DNA from: Rhizophagus irregularis
Taxonomy: Eukaryota
Length of the DNA: 64,000 nucleotides
Reading direction: 5' to 3'
NCBI RefSeq assembly: GCF_026210795.1
Contig: NC_089429.1
Coordinates: forward strand, 1,364,001-1,428,000
The number at the start of each line of letters is the position of its first letter. The first letter of the stretch is position 1. This document shows, in pieces, positions 27,701-42,672 of this stretch. The translations under genes and the position numbers were made by a program. The notes under the pieces were generated by a model, which was not told where the DNA came from, did not search any database, and worked only from the letters and a program-made list of their open reading frames with translations.

Positions 27701-30700
27701 GAGAGTATGCTACAAGTTTTGAGCTTTGGTATGTACAATACAAAACCAAACTTTTGTTAAATCTCAAACTATATCAAAATTAGTATTATGTTAGCAAATA
27801 AGAAATAAACGTATGACTGGATTTTTCTAATAATTACAAATTGAATTTGACTATAAGTGAAATTTTTTTTTCCTGAAATACTAATGAAGGTATTGCATTT
27901 TATATTATTTTGTATAAATTTTATAAAATAATTGATAATAACTAATTTTATTTATTGATTCTCAATAAGTTTGCTTAGATATTTTTAGTTCATCATTAAA
28001 ATTAAGGTGAGAATATAACTTATTACCTACTTTATTTATTTTTATGATGTTAAAATAAATTAATAATTTTTTTAAATAGTAGATGGTGATGTTGACAGCT
28101 AATCAAATCAAATTCAAAATTTTATACCCAAATATTGTTTTTTTTATTTATTTATGATTATATTAAGAACCGTGTTGATTTTTTTTTTATAATATGTTAT
28201 ATAATTTATTTTTATAGTTTCATAATTATTTTTATTCCTTGCTTTGGCAATATTGTTATTCTCATAACATTCAGTTTTATGAGATATTATTTTTACTTCT
28301 TCTAGTTTGATCAATAACCTTCTATCTACGAGTCATCTTGCTTAAAATAATAAATTAGCTATCATAAAAATATCCTTTGAAATAAAATTTGAATTTTCGC
28401 AGAGAATTGACATGACAATCCTTATTACTTAGTGAAGGAATGCATTACTAATTTTTTTTAAAAAAAGACTGAAATTATCCAACAAAATTATTATGAAACT
28501 AAATCTAAGAAACTCCTTGATATAATTATTATGACAGCTAATAAAAATGTGAATTTACAACTTAATCAGAATTTGCAACACTATTTACAACAAATAATAA
28601 GAATATAAATAATATAATTGACACATCCATCGTTAATACTTAAATATTAATCCTTTGTTGCTTTCTTTGATGTAGATAAAAATGAAGTTAATATAGGAAA
28701 ATATATAAAAAAGATTTTGATTTAGAATTAGTTAAAATCAAACATTATCAAGTTAATATATCAATATTTATCTACTTCAACAAAGATGTTCATTTTTTTT
28801 ATTACAACCATTTTGTTCAATAATTATTACATTTTTTCATAGGATGATTAAAAATACAAGATGTCTCATAATTATTATAACAACAGTCTTTATATTTAGA
28901 AATAAAGATGGTACATACATTTTATGTAATACTTGTAATATTTATGAAAAAACAAAATTGACATATGGAAAAAAATATCATTCTTTTTATATAACAGATT
29001 ATTATAATAATATTATTATTAATATAAAGAATAATGAAAATTCAATTTTAAAATATATTGAACGATCAAATAATATAAATACTATGCGAAAGATGTGAAA
29101 AACAAATGCCATGATCAGATAAATATTGGATGAGTAAGTTTGCCGTTTATGGATTGGTATCAGATAACTTCGCGAGCCTATCAATCTTTGAAATCATTTG
29201 AATGCTGATACTTACTACAGATTAAGCAACGTTTATTATAACTTTCCATCTGTGCTAAAGTTGTCAAAGGCCAATGGAACGGCGATCGCACAGGATTGAT
29301 AGTTAAAACGATAGATTTGAGAAATTATTTTTAAAGAATGTTCCGTCCAAATTACATATACTCGTTAATTAATCTGATATTTGTAGCACACCTACTGTAA
29401 TTCGCCTAATTCAGCTTAGCCATATAAAATCATTATTTTTTAGGGTGATTTATTTTATTAAAGAAAACAAGAATACTCTAATAACTTATTTTACCTTGTA
29501 TAATTAGACTATCAAGGCATGACTGATCTTGAAAGATGAGTGATTTACGTTTTATTTTCAAGAAAAATTTTTGGACTTTCTTTCAAACATTAACATTATA
29601 ATCAATCGTCAAAGTAACATTAATAATGTTTACGAGGAACTATTGATTTCATCTGGCCCATTCATTATTATTTATTACTATCACTAAAATTTTTATAGGC
29701 TTTCATGAGTTAGCTGTAGAATTCTACCTTCTTATATGTTAGAGAACGGAACCATCTCATGATTGTAATGCAAATTATGTAAGAATTTATTCATTATAAT
29801 TCATTTATTTTATTATTTATTATTTATTATCAGTGAAAATAGTACCGTGAATTCCTTATTTTCCAAAAATTTTACGGATTTTCTTCCGACAAATTTTTTG
29901 TATATACGTATATAGATATATATATCATATAATATATAAAAGGTATCATTTTTTTTAACGTATTATAAAATGTTTGTTAAACTATATTTCCAAAACGAAA
30001 GTTTCTAATGAAAAATAGATACCAATGATTAACCCAAATGTTAATAGACAAATTTTAAAAAGGTACATCTTTCGAAAAAAGACGGAATTTTCAAAAAGAA
30101 TGGTTAAAAATTTACAATCGCAAAGTTAGGCAAATCAGAACGAGAAAATAAATTTGGAAGTGAAGGCAATAGTTTCTATTTAAAATGGGTTGTTTAATTA
30201 ACACATTAAATGTAAAAAATTTTTTATTTGTAGGTTCGATGAATTTTTAAATCTTCTCATATTGATGCAACAAATTATGAAATTACAAAGATGGAATTTT
30301 CGTGAGAATTATAAATTTGCAAGATTTGAAAGAATGAATAAAAATAATATTACTAGGAAATGACAGTGATTAGACGTCTCCAGAGAGTTTTTAGATTAAA
30401 AAAACCTCAAAAAATTTTTTCAGTGGGCATACGAATCTGCAGAATATACAAAGGATTTGAATTTTGAAGCATTGTCGACAGTCTCCGATTTTCCTTGGAC
30501 GTACAGTACTTATGAGATGGTAAAGAAGTCGTAGCCTCTCAAAAAACAAACTTACGTAAACGCAAGGTCAAATTGTTCTGTAGCGTTCAAAATTGCTTGA
30601 AAAGTAATTTCGGACACTTTTAAAATTTCTGACATAAAATCTGGTAATACTGTAATTCTTGCTGTAATCTGATTATTTTTGAATTATTGGCTGATATTAG

Positions 30701-31247
30701 CAGTTTAGCACAAATCGCAACAAGTATTGCTTTTAGTACTATTCTGCTTCAAGAAATCATATGTATTATCAGTCGTTACTGTAAGAGATCATCATTTAGA
30801 AAATAATAAATGAAATACAAATTCACTTATTACAATATCATACTCAAAAATATTTCAGAAGATTTGTCCGAATTAACTTGTGAATCATAAAATTTTAAAA
30901 TTTTTCAGAATGATTTTCAACATTAAATATATGCATTTTAGTCGGTAGATTATGTATCGTTTAGTGATTCCATGTTAAATTCCTAATTTTTGAAAATTTA
31001 AAAAAATGTGTAGATCATCTAAATAAATAAATTCTGTGTAACCTTACGACCGTGACGTTAACCAAAAATTTAAAAAAGCGAGATTTATATGCCGATCATA
31101 TAATCCGGCTAGTGTTATGTTATGTTAAAGTTGCACCTAATTTTTGAAACATGTTACACATAATTAGCCAACATTAATTGTATGAATTGTGCGACAATAT
31201 TGGAATCATTGCTCCGAAAACCTAACTTTTCACTTTCAATTACAAAA

Positions 31248-32789
31248 ATGTCATGTTCAAAAATATTTTCAGGAGATTTACCTGAATTAACATATGATGT
31301 TATAAAATATTTTCAGAAAGATTTTTCAACTTTATATTCATGTATTTTAGTAAACAGATTATGGTGTCGTTTAGCAATTCCATTATTATGGGAGGAACCA
31401 TTTTCGATTTGTACCGATAACCATATAATTATTAAAATTATTAAAATTTACTTGAATAATTTAAATGATGATTTTAAAATGAAATTATATGAATATAAAA
31501 TTATTAATAATTCATTAATACCTTCAAAGAATATGTTGCTGTTTGATTATCTCAAGTTTTTAAAATATTTGAATACACATAATTTTATTTTATTTGTTGA
31601 AACATGGTTAGGTAATGCTATTTATAATTTAAAACCCGAAAATATATTATATGATTCTGAAAAAAAATTTAAGAGATTAGTTCATATGTCATTCTTTAAA
31701 ATTTTTATTGAAAATGAAGTAAATTTAAATACTCTTGAAATTGAGATTTCAGGTAATAGTAAATATGATACATATCTTGATAATAATCTTGAGTTAATTT
31801 TACAAAATCAAAATTTTATTCAAAACGTTAAAAATTTGAAACTTCATATCTACAAATATGAAGAAAATACGGTAATTAATAATCATATATCGCAAATAAT
31901 TCATTCACATCAAAATCTTAAAAAAATTTTCTTATTTAACTTAAGTATTAATGATTTATCTTTATATCAATCATTATTATCATCAAAAGATCATAATTGT
32001 TCAAATACTTTAAATACTATCATTTTATATCAAATTAAATTAAAATTAATGAACAATCTTGATAAAATATTTGAACAATTAAATGTTTTAGAATCTGTTC
32101 ATATTATTTATTGTTCATTTTTGAATAGTAATTTTATTCAACAAATTATTAATTTAACTAAACCATTTAAATTAAAATCTTTAATTTTAAATGAGATACC
32201 ACAATTTGAGTCATTACAACAATTATTACTAAAATCTGGTGATTATTTAGAAAATTTCGGCGGGCGTGAAATTTATTATTTTAATCATGATATATCACAA
32301 TTAATAAACTATTGTAATAATATCAATTTTCTTTATTTTACTGAGTATGATGAAAATAAGAATTCTACTTATCAAAAAATCAATTCAATTGAAAATATTA
32401 AACAAAATCTCAATTATCTTTCAATCAAAATACGTTCACCAATTAGTAGTTCAATCATATTAAAAAATCTAGGACAAATTCTCCCTTCTAAATTAGATTA
32501 CATAAGTTTGAATTTAAAAATTGAAAAAAGGGATTTTAGAGTATTCTTAGAAAATTCTCAATATAGTTTTATTAATAAATTGGTAATACTACAAATGGGT
32601 GATGATGATATTTTACATTGCATAAAGGACTATTGTATTATGAGAGTCAAGTATTTAGCTATTAGGGATCTTAAGAAAGAATTGTTTGATTTTAAAGACG
32701 AAGTGAGGGAATTGGAGTTACATAATATTAAAGTTCAAAGACATATTGATTTAGATATTAGAATTTATGACTTTATGAAAGAATATTGA
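31248..32789 (+). CDS. Intronless F-box-like protein of the expanded Glomeromycotina family
   Basis: MSCSKIFSGDLPELTYDVIKYF...LYSCILVNRLWCRLAIPLLWEEPF; the ORF extends upstream to ATG 31182 but 31248 fits the family start. Confidence 0.85.
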   Translation: MSCSKIFSGDLPELTYDVIKYFQKDFSTLYSCILVNRLWCRLAIPLLWEEPFSICTDNHIIIKIIKIYLNNLNDDFKMKLYEYKIINNSLIPSKNMLLFDYLKFLKYLNTHNFILFVETWLGNAIYNLKPENILYDSEKKFKRLVHMSFFKIFIENEVNLNTLEIEISGNSKYDTYLDNNLELILQNQNFIQNVKNLKLHIYKYEENTVINNHISQIIHSHQNLKKIFLFNLSINDLSLYQSLLSSKDHNCSNTLNTIILYQIKLKLMNNLDKIFEQLNVLESVHIIYCSFLNSNFIQQIINLTKPFKLKSLILNEIPQFESLQQLLLKSGDYLENFGGREIYYFNHDISQLINYCNNINFLYFTEYDENKNSTYQKINSIENIKQNLNYLSIKIRSPISSSIILKNLGQILPSKLDYISLNLKIEKRDFRVFLENSQYSFINKLVILQMGDDDILHCIKDYCIMRVKYLAIRDLKKELFDFKDEVRELELHNIKVQRHIDLDIRIYDFMKEY

Positions 32790-35399
32790 TTAGTTAAAGA
32801 ATATTTGATTAATTATAAAATGACAATAATGTTGCTTTACATACAGTATTTACTTTAATAATGGTATGATGTGACGCGAATTTATAAATACTATTCAATC
32901 ATTTTTAGAAATGAACCTAGTCCACTGGTTAATTCTATTATATTTAAATTTTAAATTGTATAGATAATATAGCGTTTTTTTTTCTATCCTATAATTCAAT
33001 ATGATTTTACTTAATTCGTATTTTTAAATCATTTTTTTGTTTCCAAATATTTCAAACAATTTAAACTCGCTAATAATCTAGGAATTTAAGACCTCATTGC
33101 GGATAAATGGGTTTATTTACTATTATTAAAACAATAATTAAAGGAATAATATTAAATACAGACAGATTTAATGTCATTAATTATGATATAGTTTATTAAA
33201 AATACTCTTTAATACAAACGTGAGTTTACAACTTCAGAAAGTTCATGTTCGATAAGCCTTGTTCATTCATCATAGCTGAAGTTTAATTGATCAGGTGAAG
33301 GTTTTCAAATTTAAGCTTTAGCTACTTTATTTTAGAGCTATTGACATCAATGATATAAATAAAATAAAATCATGTATAATCACTCTATTAAATAAACTAC
33401 ACGTAAATTTCACATAATACATATTAGTAATAATTCATTTCTTGACTAATTAATATACTGTACTTGCATATAATAAATTCCAAATTAATAACGGTTTCTG
33501 TTTTCCTAATTATATTTTGAACTAGTTGTAAAGGATTTTAAATAGATAGTTGCGTACGTACAATATAAAAATTTTTTTCTTGAATATTTTATTTGTTCGC
33601 TGCATTTACTTTTTATTGGCACTTTTTATAATACTATGGGCTAAATTTTAACATCTAAAGCTAAAACTAAAGTAATTATTTTAGCGATAATTTCTTTAAT
33701 TCGTTAAATATTTTTGCATAATATGTATATCCAGAAACTTCCAGTCAGTGAATGATATATTGTAACGTTATCTGTATATTTACAAAATTCTTCATTACTT
33801 AAATTTGATTTGTCCTGTTTGTGCAACATTTTTTGAGTTAATAGATAGTATATTTAGGTTTTCGTTGTATAAACTAATACAAATGATTTTTGAATTCTTC
33901 TATTGATCGGTAATCAATGTGCTAAAAAAATTGACAAAAATCATAATGATGAATTTGAGACATTTATTATACAGTATATTTATCTTACATAATATTATAG
34001 GACCCCGGAAAGGTGGGTGCAACCAAAAAAACTTCTAAGCATCTCCTTCTAGGCCGGAGTTATAATAATTAGTATCTAAATAAGGAATAATTTCCTGACT
34101 GGGAATTGAATGTTCGGTTACCTGAAACTCTAACAAATATATCGATCAAAAAAATAAATTTGGGATCAAATTTTTTCGTGTATAGAAATATAGAAAAAAA
34201 ATTAAAAGTATTATCATACTTTCAATTTTTATAATTAATATGAATTTGGAAAAAATGAGAAAACTTGTACAATGGTTCTTTTTTCTTTTAAAAAAAAAAA
34301 AAAGTTTCAACGTATTTTACAAATAAACCCATTTAAGCTGCTACCCTTTATTCATTTGCATGACCAATAGGTTTAATTCCAATAATTTATTCAAAAAAAA
34401 GATCATAAATAGAATGCCAACTTATAAATCAAACATTCGGATATCAAGAATATGCAAAAAAATTTCGTTCATCGTTCGTACACCCGTCACGTGAGTGGTA
34501 GAGCAAATATTTACTTTTCGCAAAGATCACACTGTTAAAGATATGATCAATATCAAATAAATCTTTATTATTCCTTCATAATATTGTTACGATGAAAAAC
34601 AATGTGACGAAGTCACGTGATATAACCATTGATCGGGACGATAAATTATTGTTGGATGATCTATGTTCGAAATGTTTGATATATTAAATATATTAAATAT
34701 ATTGCACATATTATACATATGGTATGTATATATGGCACATATCAAACATTTTAAACATTTTTAGTTTAGTGTTTTTACTTATAAATAGACACGATGTTTT
34801 TCAATGTAATTAGATAGGTATCCAAGTCAATAAGATATTTACCGATATTAAATAAAAACACTTTTATTATTAATAATATCTTTGGTTATCTCATTGTTAA
34901 TTATTGTCATATACACCTAACCTTTTGATTTTTATTGTCATTTATTGTCATAATCCTTTATTTGTGTCCGATCATATTTGCCATTTGGGAGTGCAATACT
35001 TTATTCACATCTGATCGGATTTGAAGTTAATTTGGTTAATTGTTCTTGTTTATTAATCTTGCATTAACTATTGTTATATTACATATACACATATACCTTC
35101 TGCCTACATCAGTAATATTTTTCAGAACAGGATCCATAATTTTCTATAGAATCCCTAAAGATTCGCAAATTCATGAAATCCTAAAAATTCTTTGCTAATT
35201 TTTAAGAATCTTTTAGAAATCTATTAATTGTCAGATTCTTTAAAGATCCTTAAATAAAAAACTCTAAGGATTTTTTTAAAAACTTTTTCAATTAATTTAA
35301 TATGAATATTATTGTTAATATTATTAATATTATGATTACTTTATTATTAAATGTTATATATTATATTGGATATTAATATTTACTATATATATTTTCAAA

Positions 35400-38350
35400 A
35401 AATAAACTTATTTACGAAAAATTCATTATTAAAATCAAACTATTTTACCATATGCACTAAACCTGCAATGGATTCAAATGGTATTAAATCATAATGATTT
35501 ACAAATTTCATATGGGACATTCATACATTATGGGATATCGTTTAGAATAGTAATCATACCAATGTACTAAAGCAAGAGACAAATAAGGATGATTAGGAAG
35601 GAACAAAACTTCAATTAACATTAATACCTGTAAAATAAATAAAAATATTAAATAGTGTTTAGTTTTAATTAAAATAAATATATAAATACTTGCCTTGCCA
35701 TAACATAATCCACCTTCAGTTAAGTAATCTGTATTACCCATTGCAATTGCAACATCACTAAATCTTGCATAACCATGAAATTTACTTGTTGCATATATGA
35801 TTTCTCCATTTGACAGTGTTCCATTAGCATAAATCTTTAAATAAATTTCTTCATTTGCTGATGCATTAGATATATCATCTAAGTATATATCTAAACAAGC
35901 AATTAAATGTTCCATTCCTTCAATACACAATTCATTTATATTTTCTTCATGCTTAAGCTTTTCTTGAAGAGTATATATTTCACTTATTGGCAATTCCCAA
36001 AGAAGTGATTTCATAGAATTTAGTTTTAAACTTATAGTTTTTTCGTAATGGTATTTGTAATTATTTGTCGTCAAATCTAATAATATATTTAAGTTGTTAA
36101 AAAAATCTTTTACATTTATTTGGCTGAAAATTGCATTATAACATACTGTCTTAAACATTTGATTATGTGTATTTTTTTTATTAGACATTCTATATGGATT
36201 TTTAACCCAATTTTTGTGAAGCATTTCATACGTCTCAGTTGTCAGCCCATTTAATGCATCATATTGCCAAATGGTATAAATAGTATGATATCTCCACATG
36301 TGAAGCTTTGGTAACTGAAATCCACTAGGAGAGAATTGCGCAAATATATTTACAAAATCATTAGACCAATCTATTATTTCATGCTATATAAAAGCAAATT
36401 AGTAAAAAAATCATATGTAATATTATACTATTATTATGTAAGAAATAATTATACTTCAAAGATTTTTAAATCATCTTCATTAAATTTCTTTTTTTGTGAC
36501 ATAATATACATCTTAATAAATTTAATTTAACATATAATAAGGTTTTTACATAAAGAAATAGTATATAAATTACTATCTGTTTGGTTATTGATTTTATTGC
36601 CTGTTGTGTACAGCTCATCAAGAACAAATACAATAATCTTCATAACATCTCGCATTTCACCTCCTGTAAATTTTGTACCTTGTTGATAACCTTTTTTTAA
36701 TATTCTTAAATTATTGAATCGTGTAATAGTAGCCAGTCGATTGTCCATAGTGCTCTATATGAGCCAAGCCAGCTCATGAGCTTTTAAGCTGAGCCAAGCC
36801 AAGCTAAACCAAGCTGCGGCAGTTATAGCTTGGCTTGGTGCTGGCTTGGCTTGATTTATTGAAAATTAAAACTAAAGTTTCAAAACGTGTAATAACTTCG
36901 CCAATATTGCTCTAAATTTAATGAATTTACTACCATTCGATTCCTCTTGATGAGACGAATCTAATGGTAGTAAAATCGTTAAATTTGGAGCAATATTGGC
37001 GAAGTTATCACAGTTTGAAACTTTAGTTTTAATAAATTTTATATGATTTTGAAAATGAGCTAGCTTGTGAGCTTTTGGAACAAGCCAAGCTAAGCCAAGC
37101 TGAGCTAGCCCTTGGCTCGGCTCAAGCTGGCTCATGTAGAGCTTTAATTATCCATTTTACTGATTATTTGATTTCCATACTGATGCATGAGCATATCTCT
37201 TATGATATAATCAAGCATATATGGAAATAATCCAATTTCTTGTAAATGCATACGATCTAGTGCTGCTGCATCATATATGTTCATTATTCTAAAAAAATTG
37301 TAATTTTAAATTAAATCAAAAAAAAGAATCGTCAAATAAATTCAAATAAATTAATACCTAAAATTCCAGAAAAAATTATCATATTCGTGAATGGAACAAT
37401 TTTCTGCATTGTGAGAAGCAATAGCTTCTTGCATGTTTTCATGATTATGCAAATCTATCATATCCTGTTCAATATTCATATTATTTAATTGATCACCAGG
37501 CGTAAGACATTTATAGCAAGGACATCGTATATGATATGACTTGTAAGTACAACAAATATCCTGTACTTCTAGCATATCTGCAATTATAATAGACAAATAA
37601 ATGGTAAAGTGCTCAACTTTTCCATTTATTGCTAAGTATATACCATCCTCCTTAGGAAGTAGACCTAATAAATATTTCAAAGCACGATGCTTCAAATCCC
37701 ATTGCTTCAGCTTAAATTCCTTTGAATTTTACAATTTATTATCTCACGTAGTTAAATAAGGTAAAAATCTGATAAAAACTTTTGCATCAGGTAAGTTGCA
37801 GTGTAAATTTGGAATATTTCCAAGGGTTAAGAAAATAGGATACTCAGATTTTTGCCCAAGAGTGTCAAGAGTAGTTCCATCAATATAAATCATAACTGAT
37901 AAAATTTTGCTAAATGAATTATATCTTTCATGCCACCACTCTGTGGTATACTGTTCAGAATAAACACATACAAGTGATCTATTCTAGAATAAAATTATTA
38001 TTAATCTTTTGAAATATAATACACCAATATATACATTATAAAAATACTTACAAGACCAAATCAAAAAGAAAATCTTAGTCAAATCAGAATTCGAAACCAA
38101 ACTTTTGATTGCATCATAAATTGGCCTATAATGTAATTTATAAATTTCTTCTTCAAATATAATGAGTTCTTTTTCTTTAAATTGTAAACCTTTAACATCC
38201 ATATTGTCAATAATTGTACGCCCTTTTCTGGTAGATCCAGGAAGTTGATCAGTACAATGTTTTTTTAGTATATGTAATATAGAATCAGCAGTTGCGTCAG
38301 AAAGATGATATTGTGTTACAGCCATCATAAATTCTTTGTACATTTCACTA
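35400..38350 (-). pseudogene. Plavaka-like transposase, fragmented
   Basis: LHYRPIYDAIKSL; IYIDGTTLDTLGQKSEYPIFLTLGNIP; ADMLEVQDICC...CPCYKC; TTETYEMLHKNWVKNPYRMSNKKN. The family call is from motif recall, not a search. Confidence 0.75.
36748..37146. mobile_element. hAT-type MITE inserted in the transposase
   Basis: TIRs tagtgctcta / tagagcttta; 8-bp TSD attgtcca / attatcca; subterminal (agcca)n repeats; palindromic centre. Confidence 0.85.
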
Positions 38351-40547
38351 GGCCATAAATCTTATAATTAATTTTTATATTTATATTAACATAAATTTTC
38401 TTAAGTTATATATTATAAAAACTTTATATATTTTATTCTTTAGGAACTTTTTTTCTTATTTAAACACCTTTTTTTTCAATACAATACATATATAAAAAAT
38501 TTATATTGAGCTAACTTTTATAGTTTCAACCTTCAGATGCAACTTGTTGGTAAAAGGTAAATATTACTTTTAAATATATAAATATATGTAATTTTTTATG
38601 AAAAATCAGTTTACTTAATAATTTTCTTAATAAAATTTATGGTAAATCTAAATTTACAATTTTAGCAAAAATTAGCCAATATTAAACTAGGGTAATTTGG
38701 TATTGTTAGTAAGTTATAATATAATTATTGCATTATTCAGTAATTATTTATATATATTTTAAGTAATATAATAGGGTTTATATTAAAAAGTTGATTTGTA
38801 TTTTGTATATTTATCAAATAATAAATTTTATGGTTTATTTTGAGTTTATTAGTTTTATTAAAGAAATATTATATTTAATGATCAAAATGAATTAATCCTG
38901 TAACATGTTAAATGATAATAATATAAAGATAAATATAAATATAATAGTTTGTATTGATTTTAATAAAATATTAGATATGATGATAATGTTAAGTATACAT
39001 CAAGGTTGCATGGGATGATCTCCCTCCTGAATCTCCTGAATAATAAAAATTGATATGAAAATATAGAAATATAATATGGACGAAATTATATTTATTTTGT
39101 AAAAGATATTTTGCGATGTGATTTTAACATGATTTATATAAAGAAAAAAACTCCATTAATCCATTTATATTTTGAAACAATAAAATGATATATCTTTTTT
39201 TTATACTGTATATTCATACTGTATGCTTATAAAAAAATAAAATCTCCATATTTTTTAATATTCCACATTTTAAAGTACTTAATTAAATTCATATATTTAT
39301 TATTAAATTCAAATAATAGAATAGCATCTGTTTTTTAATACTAATATATTTCATTAATTTATAATGTTCATACATTGCATTTATTTATTAAGTTTCATTT
39401 ATTCACATTTATTGTTAACCTTTTGTATACATGCAATTTACTTTATATATACTGCCTATTATCAGAATAAGTATGTTAATTATGTAATCATTTATAAACT
39501 TAATAAATAAACGCGTTAAAAAAAGAATCAGAATAAGTAAAAATTGGCAAAAAATTGGATAGCCAATTTTTGGCTACATCTGTCCAATTTGTGACTTTTA
39601 CAGCCGATTTCATAGATCGTTACTAGTGTATTACCAATATAAAAATGTAGATTCCATAATCCATATACAATTTTTTTGTATGGTAAAAAATAAAAAAAAA
39701 TTTATATTGTAATATTAAATTTAATTTTAAATAATAATGCTTTATTAAGTAATATTAAATAAAAATTTAAATTTTAAAAATACACTAAAGAATGTAAATT
39801 TATTTGCAATTCAGTATAGTATGATCATAAAAAATATAAATTACTCCACTGCATTTTCATGAAAATTGGATTTTGACTGCTAAACAACTTTTAATTAATA
39901 AAAGAAGTCGATTTCCTTTGACCAAAATGTTCAAAATACTGTTAAGCCAGTTCTTGTATGCTTATAAAAATAAGCGTATGGGTGTATGGTAAGCAGAAGG
40001 ATAATTGAATAAAATAAGTGTTAAATAATATTAATGAACGAAAAGTGAAAATAACTATATGTAAATATTAATAAATATATCACTGTCGATCAATTTACGA
40101 AGGTTACACAATAAAATAAAATGTAAAATTCAGTCAAATGCGAATACGGTATTGCACACACGGGCATATACACTCAGACGCAATATTGACTCACAAAATA
40201 TAACAATTATGAAAAATAAACAATGAGATAATTTATTTAATAAATGCTTTATTAAAATATAACAGAATTATCTATCTTCAATACATAGAAAAATAATGCA
40301 TCTATTTATATGTAAAAACACTAAGCTAAAAATGTTTAAAATGTTTAATATATGCCATATATACCATATGTGCAATATGTGCAATATATGCCATATATTT
40401 AATATATTTGATATATTAAACATTTCGAACATTGATCCTCCCGTTATATGACGTTGATCATTCAACAATAATTAATCATCCCGGAAATTACCATTGATCA
40501 ACGATTATATCACGTGACTTCGTTGCATTGTTTTCATCGTAACAATA

Positions 40548-41655
40548 CGTCTGAAGTGACAAAACAGAAAAAATAAAATTCATGAATGAGTACCGTTGTG
40601 AAAAACGTGAATACCCCTTCAAGTATTAACTGTACCTTCATGAAAATTAATATCCAAGCAGATTATGACCCACTGAAAAACTTTCAATTAATATAAGAAG
40701 TCAATTTACTTTGACTAAAATGCTCAAAATACGCTCTGAAGTGACAAAACGGAAAAAATAAAATTCATGAATAAGTATCATTGTGAAAAACGTGAATAAC
40801 CCTTCAAGTATTAACTGTACCTTCATGAAAACTAATATTCAAACAGATTATAACTCGCTGAAAAACTTTCAATTAATATAAGAAGTTGATTTACTTTGAC
40901 TAAAGTGCCTAAAATACGCTCTGAAGTGACAAAACAGAAAAAATAAAATTCGTGAATGAGTACCGTTGTGAAAAACGTGAATAACCCTTCAAGTATTGAC
41001 TGTACCTTCATGAAAATTAATATCCAGGCAGATTATGACCCGCTGAACAACATTCAATTAATATAAGAAGTCGATTTACTTTGACTAAAGTGCTCAAAAT
41101 ACGCTCTGAAGTGACAAAACGGAAAAAATAAAATTCGTGAATGAGTACCATTGTGAAAAACGTGAATAACTCTTCAAGTATTAACTGTACCTTCGTGAAA
41201 ATTAATATCCAAGTAGAATATCACCTGCTGAACAACATTCAATTAATATAAGAAGTCGATTTACTTTGACTAAAGTGCTCAAAATGCGCTCTGAAGTGAC
41301 AAACCGGAAAAAATAAAATTCGTGAATGAGTACCGTTGTGAAAAACGTGAATAACTCTTCAAGTATTAACTGTACCTTCATGAAAACCAATATTCGAACA
41401 GATTATTACTCGCTGAACAACTTTCAATTAATATAAGAAGTTGATTTACTTTGACTAAAGTGCCGAAAATACGCTCCAAAGTGATAAAACAGAAAAAATA
41501 AAATTCCATTGTGAAAAACGTGAATAACCCTTCAAGTATTAACTGTACCTTCATGAAAATTAATATCCAAGCAGATTTTGACCCGCCAAAAAACTTTCAA
41601 TTAATATAAGAAGTCAATTTACTTTGACTAAACTGCCCAAAATACGCTCTGAAGG
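40548..41655. repeat. 185-bp tandem repeat, about 6 copies
   Basis: ctgaagtgac at 40551, 40736, 40921, 41106, 41291; related reverse-orientation units at ~60330-60830 with the same 185 period. Confidence 0.92.
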
Positions 41656-42672
41656 TAAAAAAAATTTGTAACTTAGTACTATCATGTAAAAATGTAAATA
41701 ACTCCAAAAATATTCACTGTGCTTTCATGTAGATTAATATCTTAACAGCTTCAAACTTGCTGAACTACTTTTAATTAAAGAGCAAGATTTACTTTGGCCA
41801 AAATGCTCAAACCATAATTTGAAATATGTGTAAACAAACTATAATATTTGTTTATATTTAAATTCTGAGTTATTTAATTTAAATATGTTTGTGTTTATAT
41901 TTAAGGAAAAAAAATAAAATTTTACTTCTATTTTATTAGGTTTTTGTAAATGAAAAGACAAAAAAATAATCAGCTGAAAAAATAAAAAAATTCTTTGTTA
42001 ATAACCGTAATACATGATCATATGTTGCAATATTAAAATCGGAAATCCTATATTTAAATTGGTAATACGTATTACATATATGACCGATAGGCCAAATTAT
42101 ATTTCCTGCTATTACAATTGTAAAATAATATTAAAATTATGAATAAATTAAAAGTTTTTCTAATTTGAAAAATGCAAATCTTTCTGAATTACTCAAATTT
42201 TCAAATCTGTTTATTATAGTATAATCAATAATTAATTTTCACTGCAAAATCTCCTAGGAATGGATAAATAAATACATATAAAATTTACTACCCAGTAAGG
42301 TTTTTTTGGATGGTTCTAACCTCTACTTATTATTTATTTTATTTATTTTATTTTTTTTATAGAGAGAAATTGTCATAATATATGTATTATTTTAAAATTA
42401 ACATTTTAAAAATTAAATTGAAAAACTATAATTTATTAATTAACAATAAAATGTTTTTTGTTAAAATTATTTAAAAATTTTTTAAATTATAGTGAAAATG
42501 CTACAACAGTAAATAATATTATAATAACGAAATTGATCAGCAAACAAATGAAAACATGCAAATATTGAATGATGTCTCAATTTAACAGGTATTTTCAATA
42601 GCACAGGAAGAGTTTTTGCGAAAAGTTGGCATTAGAAGTTTTTTTCATTGTCATTGTCATTGTCATTGACAT

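Larger units (their letters stand above)
34585..40544 (-). mobile_element. ~6-kb TIR element carrying a Plavaka-like transposase pseudogene
   Basis: Imperfect TIRs of ~250 bp (tgttacgatgaaaa... at 34585 / ...ttttcatcgtaaca at 40544); flanks atat / atac. Confidence 0.7.

Noticed and set aside
29980..30340. Possible decayed gene here; also ~2150-2450 and ~13890-14360
   Set aside because: Exon-like composition and splice-like sites, but no motif I can identify.
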